Assembly (NCBI GenBank): GCA_002269645.1
Contig: NIVC01003935.1
Coordinates: 1-64,000, forward strand
Source: Macrostomum lignano
Lineage: Eukaryota
Direction: 5' to 3'
Length of the DNA: 64,000 nt
The notes under the pieces were generated by a model. The model was given only the letters and a program-made list of their open reading frames with translations. It did no database searches and was not told the origin of the DNA. The translations under genes and the position numbers were made by a program. Position 1 is the first letter of the stretch. Every line of letters begins with the position of its first letter. Below are positions 37,793-52,606 of the stretch, one piece after another.

Positions 37793-40103
37793 TCAGGCCC
37801 GCACCACAATGCAGTCCCGACTCGGGCCCACGCCAATCCAGAGCACGGGCACCCCAGTGTGCAGCTCCACAGCTTCAACGTAGGCCCTGGCAGCGGGCGG
37901 CAGGTCACTGAACTGCCTGCAGTGCTCAATGGAGCATTTCCAGCCTGGCAGGGTGACGAACTCAACTTCAACTCTGGCTAAGTCCTCGGCCAGGGCTGGC
38001 ACGCCTTCAATTGGTTTGCCGTCGAGTTTATAAGCTACGCCGATCTTCACCTGGTCGAATGTGTCCAACACGTCCAGCTTGGTGAGGGCCAAGCCCTTGA
38101 ATCCGTTGACCATGTGCGAGTACTTCACAATGGGCGCGTCAAGCCAACCGCAGCGGCGCTTGCGACCGGTGGTCACCCCGAACTCGCGGCCGATGCCCTG
38201 GGATGGTCAGAGGTGCAGACAGAATTTGTAGCATAGCAATCTGATTAGTCAGTCGATGCACAGTGAGCATGATTTCTCAAACTCTGGATAATCCGCTTTA
38301 AATCTGTTAGATAATCCGCTTTAAATCTGTTAGATAATTCACTTTAAATCAGTGATTTTAAACTTAACTCTTTAGATAATCCACTTTAAATCAGTGATTT
38401 TAAACTTAACTCTTTAGATAATCCACTTTAAATCAGTGATTTTAAACTTAACTCTTTAGATAATCCGCTTTAAATCTGTAATTTTAAACTTAACTCTTTA
38501 GATAATCCACTTTAAATCAGTGATTTTTAACTTAAAGCTTTTAGATAATCCACTTTAAAACCTGTCAGATAATCCCTATTAAATCTATTAGATAGTCCAC
38601 TTTAACTTTGTTAGATTTTAAACTAAAATTTCTTAGATAATCCGCTTTAAATCTTTTATATTTTAAACCTTAATCTGTTAGATAAACCCTTTTATATTTG
38701 ATAGATAATCCCCTATAAATGTGTTAGCTAATCCACTTCCTCACCTGCAGCTGCTCGCAGATGTCATCCGTGAGCTCGGTGGGAAATCCGCCAGCCCCCA
38801 CCCTGGTCGTGTAGGCCTTCACCACGCCGTAGACGCTGGTGACCAGGTGAGGCGGGACGCCCAGCCCGGTGCAGAGGCCGCCAACACTGCAGTTCGAGCT
38901 GGTCACGTACGGATAGGTGCCAACATCGATGTCCAGCATGGAGCTCTGGGCGCCCTGCAAATTGTGGAGTCAAGGCCCGACCTTATCTATATAATTATTG
39001 GATTCCGTGATTTGATGGGATTCCCGATGATTTAGAATGCTGAGAGTATTTTTGGAATTAGGAATTCCCTATTCTTGGAGAGGGGGAATCCCTATTCTTA
39101 GATAGGAGAATCCATTAGACCAGCTATTTTTGGAACAGGGAATCCCCATATTATTAGATCGGAGAATCCTCTACTCTTTAGGGTGTAAACTCTATTTTTA
39201 GAATGGGGAATGCTATGAGAGTTGAATTAAGGTCAAGGAAATCACCTTTGATTTGTGATTTGATACAGTACCCTATTTTAGGAATCAGGAGAATGCCAGT
39301 ATTTGTAATTGGGTCAATTTTCATCAATTATGGCTTCAGGAATTCTCGCTCACCTCAACAAGAATGTGACAGTTGGGATTCATCATCTGCTTATTAAGGT
39401 ACAGCACAGTATCCTTGACCATCGGTCTAAGCCGCTCCCTGAGCTGTTTCAGGGTGCTCAGCTCAGCATCGGCAGCGTGAGCATCTCGCAGGCGCTCAGC
39501 GTACCGATCTGCCGTGTACTTGAGCAGGGTTTTATACTTGACCTCGAACGCCGCCCAATCGCCCATAAGGTCACAGACTCGAATCCCATTCCGCTGCATC
39601 TTGCTGCTGTAGGTTGGCCCAATGCCCTTCCTGGTGGTGCCCAAGCGATTGCCGGCCCCGCCAGCGACGCCGCCCTCCTGCAGGCCGTCGACAATCTGGT
39701 GAAAGTTGAACACCAGGTGGGCGCGGTCGCTGATCAGCAGCCGCTGTTCGATGTCGCCCAAGCCTTTGGCGGCCGCTTTGCCGATCTCGCCGAACAGGTC
39801 GGGCACGTGAATGACCACGCCGTGACCGATGACACCCAGTACGCCTGGGTGAACCACTCCGGAGGGCAGCAGGTGGAAGTCGTAGGTGACTCCGTCTACT
39901 ATGACGGTATGGCCCGCATTGTTGCCGCCCTGGCAGCGGCAGACGATCTTCACCGACTCCTTGGCTGCCAGCCAATCAACCAGTTTGCCTTTGCCTTCGT
40001 CACCCCACTGGCTGCCCATGACGAATGTGAGCTGGGCTTTGCCGGCCCTGGAGACTGAGCCATTGACCGCTGCTGCTGCTGCCGGCTGTGCTGTTGCAGA
40101 CAT
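37793..40103 (-). CDS. adss: Adenylosuccinate synthetase (454 aa, 3 exons)
   Basis: Exons 40103-39354, 38954-38745, 38197-37793 (GT-AG, phase 0). Motifs [97 protein letters not shown]. Confidence 0.97.
38285..38710. repeat. AT-rich about 42-bp tandem repeat in adss intron 2
   Basis: AGATAATCCACTTTAAATCAGTGATTTTAAACTTAACTCTTT repeated, degenerating at the edges. Confidence 0.85.
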
Positions 40104-40329
40104 TGCTGTTGTTGTTATAATATCCTCTTTTCAAATAGGATTGGATCAAATAATCTAAAAAAGAAAGATGACACACCTGGAAATTAATAAATTTACATGT
40201 TTGTTTCAATAAATTGATTTACAAATGCAATGCTGTGTTGCACAGGCAGCAATTAATTTTTTTTTGCAAAGGAATCATGCATTTAAAATTTTAGCACCTA
40301 CTGACTCAGAGGATAGGTAGGTACAGGAG

Positions 40330-41365
40330 GAGATAGATGAGAGATTTACCTAAGAGAGATAGCTGAGAGGGACATGGCTGAGAGGGACATGGCAGAGAGG
40401 GAGATAGCTGAGAGGGACATGGCTGAGAGGGAGATAGCTGAGAGGGACAGGCTGAGAGGTAGATAGCAGAGAGGGACATGGCTGAGAGGGACATGGCTGA
40501 GAGGGAGATAGCTAAGAGGGAGATAGCTAAGAGGGAGATAGCTGAGAGGGAGATAGCTGAGAGGGAGATAGCTGAGAGGGATATAGCTGAGAGGGAGATA
40601 GCTGAGAGGGAGATAGCTGAGAGGGAGATAGCTGAGAGGGAGATAGCTGAGAGGGAGATAGCTGAGAGGGAGATAGCTGAGAGGGAGATAGCTGAGAGGG
40701 ACATGGCTGAGAGGGAGATAGCTGAGAGGGATATAGCTGAGAGGGAGATAGCTGAGAGGGAGATAGCTGAGAGGGACATGGCTGAGAGGGAGATAGCTGA
40801 GAGGGAGATAGCTGAGAGGGAGATAGCTGAGAGGGAGATAGCTGAGAGGGAGATAGCTGAGAGGGACATGGCTGAGAGGGAGATAGCTGAGAGGGATATA
40901 GCTGAGAGGGAGATAGCTGAGAGGGACATGGCTGAGAGGGAGATAGCTGAGAGGGAGATAGCTGAGAGGGAGATAGCTGAGAGGGAGATAGCTGAGAGGG
41001 AGATAGCTGAGAGGGACATGGCTGAGAGGGAGATAGCTGAGAGGGAGATAGCTGAGAGGGACATGGCTGAGAGGGAGATAGCTGAGAGGGATATAGCTGA
41101 GAGGGAGATAGCTGAGAGGGAGATAGCTGAGAGGGAGATAGCTGAGAGGGACATGGCTGAGAGGGAGATAGCTGAGAGGGACATGGCTGAGAGGGACATG
41201 GCTGAGAGGGAGATAGCTGAGAGGGATATAGCTGAGAGGGACATGGCTGAGAGGGAGATAGCTGAGAGGGATATAGCTGAGAGGGATATAGCTGAGAGGG
41301 AGATAGCTGAGAGGGATATAGCTGAGAGGGACATGGCTTAGAGGGACATAGCTGAGAGGGAGATA
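40330..41365 (+). repeat. 15-bp minisatellite upstream of adss
   Basis: GCTGAGAGGGAGATA / GCTGAGAGGGACATG units over about 1 kb. Confidence 0.97.
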
Positions 41366-41944
41366 CATAAATAAGTGCATGATTTATGCATGCGATAACT
41401 AAGAGGAATATTAAGTAAAAATTCCAAACTTTATACATAAAAATAGCAAAAAGCATGCTTTACTACAAACTATGCTATTTACAAATATACAAGATTTGAG
41501 AGCAAATAATTAAGTTGAGATTATTGAAACCTTTATTGGACTATGTATAAAATATATGTACAGACGAGTACTTACTGACCTATTCGAATATTAACAAGTG
41601 TATTTATTGATATATTGAAATGGCAGCTCCCAATGTTAAGTAAGTCTATAAAATTTGATTTGACGAACGAACTTGACAAAAATAGAATAAAAGAAAATGT
41701 TCCTGCTATTTCAAAGTACACATGGACATTTTGACTTAAGCGAGCCGTCATAATACTGAAAGCTTTAAACAGAACTACATGTCAGGCGCTGGTCAATAGC
41801 TTGTAGGAAATTTATTTTTAATATTAATTTTTTAGGTCATTTGGTTCACATGAAACAATTGACACAAAAGCTGATGATATCTGAAAGCACCTGACACAAA
41901 CTAATTTTATCTTAGTGAGTCTGACACATCTGGCTTTTAAGTTC

Positions 41945-43182
41945 AACCTGTCTGACACAAAACCTGACGATATTCTGACAGATCTGACACAAAACCTGAT
42001 GATATTCTGACAGATCTGACACAAAACCTGATGATATTCTGACAGATCTGACACAAAACCTGATGATATTCTGACAGATCTGACACAAAACCTGATGATA
42101 TTCTGACAGATTTGACACAAAACCTGATGATATTCTGACAGATCTGACACAAAACCTGATGATATTCTGACAGATCTGACACAAAACCAGATGATATTCT
42201 GACAGATCTGACACAAAACCAGATGATATTCTGACAGATCTGACACAACACCTGATGATATTCTGACAGATCTGACACAAAACCTGATGATATTCTCACA
42301 GATCTGACACAAAACCTGATGATATTCTGACAGATCTGACACAAAACCTGATGATATTCTGACAGATTTGACACAAAACCTGATGATATTCTCACAGATC
42401 TGACACAAAACCTGATGATATTCTCACAGATCTGACACAAAACCTGATGATATTCTGACAGATCTGACACAAAACCTGATGATATTCTGACAGATCTGAC
42501 ACAAAACCTGATGATATTCTGACAGATCTGACACAAAACCTGATGATATTCTGACAGGTCTGACACAAAACCAGATGATATTCTGACAGATCTGACACAA
42601 AACCTGATGATATTCTGACAGATCTGACACAAAACCTGATGATATTCTGACAGATCTGACACAAAACCTGATGATATTCTGACAGATCTGACACAAAACC
42701 TGATGATATTCTGACAGATTTGACACAAAACCTGATGATATTCTGACAGATCTGACACAAAACCTGATGATATTCTGACAGATCTGACACAAAACCAGAT
42801 GATATTCTGACAGATCTGACACAAAACCAGATGATATTCTGACAGATCTGACACAACACCTGATGATATTCTGACAGATCTGACACAAAACCTGATGATA
42901 TTCTCACAGATCTGACACAAAACCTGATGATATTCTGACAGATCTGACACAAAACCTGATGATATTCTGACAGATTTGACACAAAACCTGATGATATTCT
43001 GACAGATCTGACACAAAACCTGATGATATTCTCACAGATCTGACACAAAACCTGATGATATTCTGACAGATCTGACACAAAACCTGATGATATTCTGACA
43101 GATCTGACACAAAACCTGATGATATTCTGACAGATCTGACACAAAACCTGATGATATTCTGACAGATCTGACACAAAACCAA
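41945..43182 (+). repeat. 32-bp minisatellite
   Basis: Unit GATCTGACACAAAACCTGATGATATTCTGACA, about 38 copies. Confidence 0.97.
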
Positions 43183-43334
43183 ATGGAATTTTAACAGACC
43201 TGACACAAACACTATAGGTTTGATATTTCTAAAGAAAACTGACTACAAAACTCAAGGAATCAAGCAGAATGAAAAGAAAAATGAAAGGCACAATGAGACA
43301 AATATAATCTTACGCTTATTCTTATAAACTGAAT

Positions 43335-44995
43335 TCACTTAGCAACAAGCTTCCGCATGGCGTACAAGCCAGCAGCCAAGCTGCCAGCCGCCAGTGAGCC
43401 GTACATCCAAGTGTACACACTGCTGCTGCCACCAGCTGCATCAGTCTGAGCATGAGCGCCTTCATCACCAAGGCTGCTGGCCCCAGAGTCGCACAAATCA
43501 GCCAGAAGCTCCGGACACTCCAGGCACAGCAGTGCCACAGTTCGATGCAAAGATCTTCGACCAATAAAAGCGGCGTAGGCGGCGCATAGTCGGTCGAGCT
43601 TTTCATCCGGGTCTGATCGGGTGCCGCAGCCGCCAGCCTGCCGCTTGTCCAGATCAGCCAGCCGAACGAGCATCTGGACGAAAGCTCGACCAGCCGACAA
43701 CACATCGTCGAATGCCGCGGTGGAATCGGCGGCATCTGAAGAGCAGGCAGCCTCTGCGACAGCTTCAAGGCGTTCCAGAGCGGACTCTGTCAGTCTGCGA
43801 CCGCCGCTGCCAGGGCTGCAAGGAGTGACAGAATGCCTATAGTAAAGTCTGTCTGTTAAAAGCAACATCTTGCTAACTTTTACAAGGCAGTGTATTTTTT
43901 ATTTTTTTTATTAGAGGCAGGGGGGTTGTGTGCACCCTGGCGCACTTTAAGCGACATAGGCACACAACCGGCGAGAGGCATTACTGCCCATTCCGCCGAC
44001 TCCCCTGAGCAGGCATACAAGCGCGAGCGCGCGGATACGTTACGCAGGCACACACTCACACAGGAGTGTACAGCGGCCCTAACTTTATCAATTGTTAGGC
44101 ATGTACACAATTCACTGCGCCTTGGGGGTTGGCTCTCAAGGCCGTTAATTGCACGAGCAGAGCCAAAGCGAGATTCCAATTCAGCCCAAAATTAATGGGA
44201 CTGCACTTGGAATCGAGCCTGGGTCGCTGGCACACCTGCCAGCTGGGCTACGGCCTCCCTTAAGGCAGGCAGAGTTTTACAAGGCAGAGTGTCACCCAGT
44301 GTTTAACCCCTTCCTCCTTGATATGATAAATATCAAACCCGATGAAAACGGTACCTAATGGACTGAGAAGCGTCTCAAAGTCGTTTCAAGTACTCTAGAC
44401 GACTTTGAAACAACGAGGTTTTGCGGTACAAGTCGCTGAAAGAGTAAATTTGAGACATTTCATTGTCTGCGACTCTGGGGCCGTAGAGTCAGATCGGAGA
44501 CAGTCGTTTGAGTAGTTAAAAAGTTACTAGTGAGTTTTCAACGGGAATAAGTAGCGCATGAATTATTAATAACGTCTGGCTCACCAGCCGTCGCGCGCAG
44601 ACCCAAGCAAAGATTTCGAGGTATTAAAAAGCGACTCGGACACTGCGGCGGCATTAGCTGGCGTCCGCATTGATGCCAGCAGCTTTGCCCGCCTGCACAG
44701 AGTGGTTTCCAGAGTGCGCCAGGCTCGAGCCTGACCAGCCGACGGGATCCTCAGCAAGCCCAGGCGCAATGCGATGCCCGCATCAACTGACTGCAGACAG
44801 CTGTCAGGCAGGCGGCCCGCGTACACCTCCAGCCTGAGCTGGTACTGCAGCAAGCTGTGGATGAGGCGCAAAGCTTCCTTCTCTAGGGCGGTGAGCTCGC
44901 GCCAGTGGCGCAGTTCTCCCGATGAGCTCAGAGCTGCGGACTGAGTGGCCAGAGGGGACTTGCTCATGACGGATTGACGCCTCAAGAACAAAATC
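43335..44995 (-). CDS. Two exons of an uncharacterised helical protein with a C-terminal membrane anchor (separate gene from ATG 44967, or 3' extension of the TRIP4-like gene)
   Basis: GC-rich open exons 44995-44585 and 43836-43335 joined by a phase-2 GT-AG intron (TG|GTGAGC ... TATAG|G). C-terminus YTWMYGSLAAGSLAAGLYAMRKLVAK* looks like a tail anchor followed by basic residues. No family recognised. Confidence 0.6.
43895..44259 (-). mobile_element. tRNA-derived SINE, near full-length copy
   Basis: Close reverse-complement match to 29678-30037, including the B box and A-rich tail. Confidence 0.9.
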
Positions 44996-45119
44996 CTAAC
45001 ACAACTTCAGACTTGAAAGATTCGAGGTTATACTTTAATCTTCTTGAACTAAAAAAACTACACAGGTAAATTTCGCTGACCTATAGTTTTTTGTTTTTAG
45101 TGCATAAACTAAATAGGGC

Positions 45120-45660
45120 ATAGACTACACTGGCCATAAACTACACAGTCCGTAAATTACACATGCCATAAACTACACAGATCACAAACTACACAGTCCG
45201 TAAACTACACAGTCAGTAAACTACACATGCCATAAACTACACATGCCATGAACTACACATGCCATAAGCTACACATGCCATAAACTACACATGCCATAAA
45301 CTACACATGCCATAAGCAACACATGCCATAAACTACACATGTCATGAACTACACATGCCATAAACTACACATGCCATAAACTACACATGCCATAAACTAC
45401 ACATGCAATGAACTACACATGCCATAAGCTACACATGCCATAAACTACACATGCCATAAACTACACATGCCATAAACTACACATGCCATGAACTACGCAG
45501 GCCATAAACTACACATGCCATGAACTACACATGCCATAAACTATAACATGCCATGAACTACACAGGCCATAAACTACACAGACGATAACTATACAGACGG
45601 TAAAATACACAGACCACAAACCGCAGAGACCATAAACCACAACAGATCATAAATTCAATA
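45120..45660 (+). repeat. About 16-bp satellite (CCATAAACTACACATG)
   Basis: Same core CCATAAACTAC as the large array at 47810-51185. Confidence 0.93.
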
Positions 45661-46356
45661 ATTATAAACTTCTCAGAAATTTGATTCCAAGAATTAATAT
45701 TTATTTAGAGACAATTTTGTTTTCTCACTTTATTGAATTTATTGAAAAAAACTGAAATTAAACAAAAATTAAAGTTATCCAAAAAAACAAAAAAAATTGT
45801 ACAAAACTTTAAACGAAACTATTATATTTAAAAATGATAACAGAAGAGAAAGATGACAAACTTATATAAAAATGATAAGTGAACTTTGAAAAAACTTCAG
45901 TAGATGATTAATGATAAATATGCTACCAAGCAAAGCTCCAGCGAGCAAAAAAGTATTTATGCAGTTTAACTTAGCAATAAATTTGACAAGAAGAAATACT
46001 ACTATTATAAAAATATAAATAGGAAAAATGGTACAAAAAGTGTAATGCATTATTGGAACATCTTTTTAATGTCCATTAAAACTTTTTAAGTAAAATGCTG
46101 TGATCTAAAAAACACAACAAGGATGTATATATAGACCTATACCGGTACTAGCGCACCGAGACCCCCATGGGAGCCTTTAAAATCAAAATTCAAGCGGAAC
46201 GCCCATTGCAAGCGTTAAAAAACATCGTTTATTTAATATCTGACACACTTTCAATTAAAATTTTTAATCAGAAAGTAGTTATGCATGATAGCCGAACAAT
46301 AACAGTTTCTAAGGCTAATTTGATAAAAATCGGCCTGACGGTTCTCCAAAAAAACC

Positions 46357-47115
<759 letters not shown>

Positions 47116-47262
47116 CATCAAACAGGATGTATAGACCCATATTCTGTGATATAAGCCACTATCGAGCTCTATTGCTCAGTAATCTAAGTAACATCACCCA
47201 GGATGTATAGACCTATATGGTGATCTAAGCAACAATCAAAGCACATGCCTGTCCAATCAAAG

Positions 47263-50200
47263 TCACGCAAGCAGGCCTTGAGCTTTCAGGTGCAATTTTC
47301 GATCCAACTGAAACAGGCCGCCGCACAGGCCAGCAGACTGGGCGGCCCCAGACGGCACAACTAGCAGATTAGGCAGACTGAGCCGCCTAGGCTGAGAGCA
47401 GATTAGCACGCAACTGCCTCGGTGCAGCTTTGCATCAGCCGGCAACCTGTTGCTGCTGTTAGAATGGCTAGAGTTACTTCTAGAAGCAGCTGCTGCTTCA
47501 GATTGGCTATCCGGGCCTATGGGCGAGCAGTGACCGAATGCCAGGCACTGACGGCGATGCTCATCAAGCGAGAGCACATCGTCCAGCTGCACGCAGCCCA
47601 GCAGCAACATCTCAGGCGACGGAGGCGAATCGCCTTTGGACGCCGGCTTTGGTGGCGGCCGGCTGGCTTGCTGAAGAAAAGTACATTGTGAAAGCAATAA
47701 TAATTTTTGTGTGCTGAAAAAATGTAAACCTCTATCCTCCGTGATGTATTTAGTTTCAATAACACTGCCACTTTAAAATTTTCAAGAATTCGGAAAACTA
47801 CACACAGACCACAAACTACAAAGGCCATAAACTACAAAGGCCATAAACTACACAGGCCATAAACTACACAGGCCATAAACTACACAGGCCATAAACTACA
47901 AGGGCCATAAACTACACAGGCCATAAACTACAAGGGCCATAAACTACAAAGGCCATAAACTACAAGGGCCAAAAACTACACAGGCCATAAACTACAAGGG
48001 CCATAAACTACAAAAGTCATAAACTACAAAGACCATAAACTACGAGGCCGTAAACTACAAACAAAGACCATAAACTACAAGGCCCATAAACTACACAGAC
48101 CATGAACTACAAAGACCATAAACTACAAAGACCATACACTACAAGGCCATAAACTACACAGGCCATAAACTACAAGGCCATAAACTACAAAGACCATAAA
48201 CTACAAGGCCCATAAACTACACAGACCAAAAACTACAAGGCCATAAAGTACAAAGACCATAAACTACAAAGACCATAAACTACAAGGGCCATAAACTACA
48301 AAGGCCATAAACTACAAAGGCCATAAACTACAAGGGCCAAAAACTACACAGGCCATAAACTACAAGGGCCATAAACTACAAAGGCCATAAACTACAAAGA
48401 CCATAAACTACGAGGCCGTAAACTACAAACAAAGACCATAAACTACAAGGCCCATAAACTACACAGACCATGAACTACAAAGACCATAAACTACAAAGAC
48501 CATACACTACAAGGCCATAAACTACACAGGCCATAAACTACAAGGCCATAAACTACAAGGCCATAAACTACAAAAACCATAAACTACAAGGCCATAAACT
48601 ACAAAGACCATAATCTACAAGGCCCATAAACTACACAGACCAAAAACTACAAGGCCATAAACTACAAAGACCATAAACTACAAGGCCCATAAACTACAAG
48701 GCCATAAACTACACAGGCCATAAACTACAAGGCCATAAACTACAAAAACCATAAACTACAAGGCCATAAACTACAAAGACCATAAACTACAAGGCCCATA
48801 AACTACACAGACCAAAAACTACAAGGCCATAAACTACAAAGACCATAAACTACACAGCCCATAAACTACAAGGCCATAAACTACAAAGACCATAAACTAC
48901 ACAGCCCATAAACTACACAGGCCATAAACTACAAAGCCATAAACTACACAGGCCATAAACTACAAGGCCCATAAACTACACAGGCCATAAACTACAAAGC
49001 CATAAACTACACAGGCCATAAACTACAAGGCCATAAACTACAAGGCCATAAACTACAAAAACCATAAACTACAAGGCCATAAACTACAAAGACCATAAAC
49101 TACAAGGCCCATAAACTACACAGACCAAAAACTACAAGGCCATAAACTACAAAGACCATAAACTACAAAGGCCATAAACTACAAGGGCCAAAAACTACAC
49201 AGGCCATAAACTACACAGGCCTTAAACTACAAGGGCCATAAACTACAAAGGCCATAAACTACAAAGACCATAAACTACGAGGCCGTAAACTACAAACAAA
49301 GACCATAAACTACAAGGCCCATAAACTACACAGACCATGAACTACAAAGACCATAAACTACAAAGACCATACACTACAAGGCCATAAACTACAAGGCCAT
49401 AAACTACAAAAACCATAAACTACAAGGCCATAAACTACAAAGACCATAATCTACAAGGCCCATAAACTACACAGACCAAAAACTACAAGGCCATAAACTA
49501 CAAAGACCATAAACTACACAGCCCATAAACTACAAGGCCATAAACTACAAAGACCATAAACTACACAGCCCATAAACTACACAGGCCATAAACTACAAAG
49601 CCATAAACTACACAGGCCATAAACTACAAGGCCCATAAACTACACAGGCCATAAACTACAAAGCCATAAACTACACAGGCCATAAACTACAAGGCCATAA
49701 ACTACAAGGCCATAAACTACAAAAACCATAAACTACAAGGCCATAAACTACAAAGACCATAAACTACAAGGCCCATAAACTACACAGACCAAAAACTACA
49801 AGGCCATAAACTACAAAGACCATAAACTACAAAGGTCATAAACTACAAGGGCCAAAAACTACACAGGCCATAAACTACACAGGCCATAAACTACAAGGGC
49901 CATAAACTACAAAGGCCATAAACTACAAAGACCATAAACTACGAGGCCGTAAACTACAAACAAAGACCATAAACTACAAGGCCCATAAACTACACAGACC
50001 ATGAACTACAAAGACCATAAACTACAAAGACCATACACTACAAGGCCATAAACTACACAGGCCATAAACTACAAGGCCATAAACTACAAGGCCATAAACT
50101 ACAAAAACCATAAACTGCAAGGCCATAAACTACAAAGACCATAATCTACAAGGCCCATAAACTACACAGACCAAAAACTACAAGGCCATAAACTACAAAG

Positions 50201-52606
50201 ACCATAAACTACAAGGCCCATAAACTACAAGGCCATAAACTACACAGGCCATAAACTACAAGGCCATAAACTACAAAAACCATAAACTACAAGGCCATAA
50301 ACTACAAAGACCATAAACTACAAGGCCCATAAACTACAAAGACCATAAACTACAAGGCCCATAAACTACAAGGCCATAAACTACACAGGCCATAAACTAC
50401 AAGGCCATAAACTACAAAAACCATAAACTACAAGGCCATAAACTACAAAGACCATAAACTACAAGGCCCATAAACTACACAGACCAAAAACTACAAGGCC
50501 ATAAACTACAAAGACCATAAACTACACAGCCCATAAACTACAAGGCCATAAACTACAAAGACCATAAACTACACAGCCCATAAACTACACAGGCCATAAA
50601 CTACAAAGCCATAAACTACACAGGCCATAAACTACAAGGCCCATAAACTACACAGGCCATAAACTACAAAGCCATAAACTACACAGGCCATAAACTACAA
50701 GGCCCATAAACTACACAGACCATAAACTACAAGGCCCATAAACTACACAGACCATAAACTACAAAGACCATAAACTACACAGACCATAAACTACACAGAC
50801 CATAAACTACAAGGGCATAAACTACAAGGCCATAAACTACAAAGACCATAAACTACAAGGGCATAAACTACAAAGACCATAAACTACAAAGACCATAAAC
50901 TACAAAGACCATAAACTACAAGGGCATAAACTACAAAGACCATAAACTACAAAGACCAAAAACTACAAGGCCATAAACTACAAAGACCATAAACTACAAG
51001 GCCCATAAACTACACAGACCATAAACTACAAGGGCATAAACTACAAGACCATAAACTACAAGGCCATGAACTACACAGGTCATAAACTACACAGCCCATA
51101 AACTACACAGGCCATAAACTACAAGGGCATAAACTACAAGGCCATAAACTACAAGGCCATGAACTACACAGGTCATAAACTACAGGCTTTCGAAGTTTTC
51201 GAAATTTTCGAAGAACCGTAGTTTCCCGCCCTTTATCTTGAGTTTCACCGTCTCGAATCCCCTCCCCTAAATTTTAAAAGCTTCCCAACAATCTTAATAA
51301 CTAGAGATCATTAAATTATTCACACCTCGCATTCGGTAGGTACGGCGATCCACATGCAGCCCCGATGCAGTGGCCAAGCACTGCTGGGCAGCTGGCCAGT
51401 CCAAGAAGGCTCTGGCGCAGGGGTCTGCAGAACAAGCGAAGCCCACGGCTCCCAGGCTCGCAGGCAGAGGCCGTCATCGCGAAGGCGCAGCAGATGGCCG
51501 TCCTGCAGACGGAGGCTCAATCTACGAAGCCTGGCCAAGTTTGAGCTTGAGCTGGCAGTAGAAGAGCCGCTCGGAGCTGACGCTGTCGGCAGCTCGAAGA
51601 CGAGCCTTGGCGATGGGGCATCAAGCGGACGGAGGCCGCGGGTGACCACAGCTTCGGGCGGTATTGGCTCCAGCCCGGGAGGACAGCTGCAGAACAGGCA
51701 GGGCCCGGCACCCTCCTGGGAGCATTGGATTCGGCCGCAGACGGGACAGGAGCCAACGAGCTTGTGTCTGGCCGCGGCGCAATTGCACAAATTGCGCCCA
51801 GGCAATAGTTGAAATTGGCTGTCTGCATTGACGCTGCTATGAAATAATTCGTCCAGTTCACCTGGGAGCGGTAGCGAGCACTGCTTGTAGCGGTGCAGTT
51901 CCTTCTCATCAGCAAGTTCGGACTGCTTCTCGTCTTGCTGCACGACGCAGGGACTTACGGGGTCGTGCTTTTGAGGCAACCAATATGGTCGACGCTGCCT
52001 ACTATAAAATTGCTTCTTTTGCGCTTGCTGATCAGGAAACTTCTGCTTCTGCGCTTGCTGATCAGGAAACTTCTGCTTCTGCGCTTGCTGATCAGGAAAC
52101 TTCTGCTTCTGCGCTTGCTGATCAGGAAACTTCTGCTTCTGCGCTTGCTGATCAGGAAACTTCTGCTTCTGCGCTTGCTGATTAGGAAACGTCTGCTTCT
52201 GCGCTTGCTGATCAGGAAACTTCTGCTTCTGCGCTTGCTGATCAGGAAACTTCTGCTTCTGCGCTTGCTGATCGGGAAACTTCTGCTTCTGCACTTGCGG
52301 ATTAGGGCATTGCTGCTTCTGCGCTTGCGGATTAGAGCATTGCTGCTTCTGCGCTTGCGGATTATGGCATTGCTGCTTTTGCACTTGCTGATAAGAAAAC
52401 TTCTGCTTCCATGGCTGTTTCTGCATCATGTAATGATTGCTTTGCTGATATTCAATCTGTTGAAAATCATTGCAAGACTTCTGCCGCTTTTGCATAGGAC
52501 CCACAGCCTGTGGCTTAAGTAGAAGTGGTGGGAAACCTTTTCTTGGCACACATTTAATATGCTGGCAATTATCTTCCATTTCTTTCTTGCTAGCTTTGCT
52601 GCTCAT
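47263..52606 (-). CDS. ASC-1/TRIP4-like protein: Q-rich 10-aa repeats + C2HC5 zinc finger + divergent ASCH domain (562 aa if it ends at 47263)
   Basis: Exon 52606-51326 (donor GAG|GTGTGA) and exon from 47670 (acceptor TTCTTCAG|), phase 0. Zinc finger CNCAAARHKLVGSCPVCGRIQCSQEGAGPCLFC matches the TRIP4 C2HC5 pattern. ASCH-like LCLRAWEPWASLV...HRGCMWIA, LLGCVQLDDVLS, VLICSQPRRL, LFQLDRKLHLKAQGLL. Confidence 0.8.
47810..51185 (+). repeat. 3.4-kb 15-17-bp satellite filling intron 1 of the TRIP4-like gene
   Basis: CCATAAACTACAAAGA/GG units with recurring variant blocks. Confidence 0.98.

Noticed and set aside
37023-37971. Glu/Arg-rich and Leu/Ser-rich ORFs
   Set aside because: Translations of the GA tract and the antisense of adss.
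40306-43212. Long ORFs such as (SLSAI)n, (AEREI)n and (CQICQNIIRF)n
   Set aside because: They are translations of 15- and 32-bp satellites, open in several frames on both strands, with no splice or start context.
43335-44995. Bcl-2 family assignment for the tail-anchored ORF
   Set aside because: No BH1 NWGR-like motif is visible; the anchor alone is not diagnostic.
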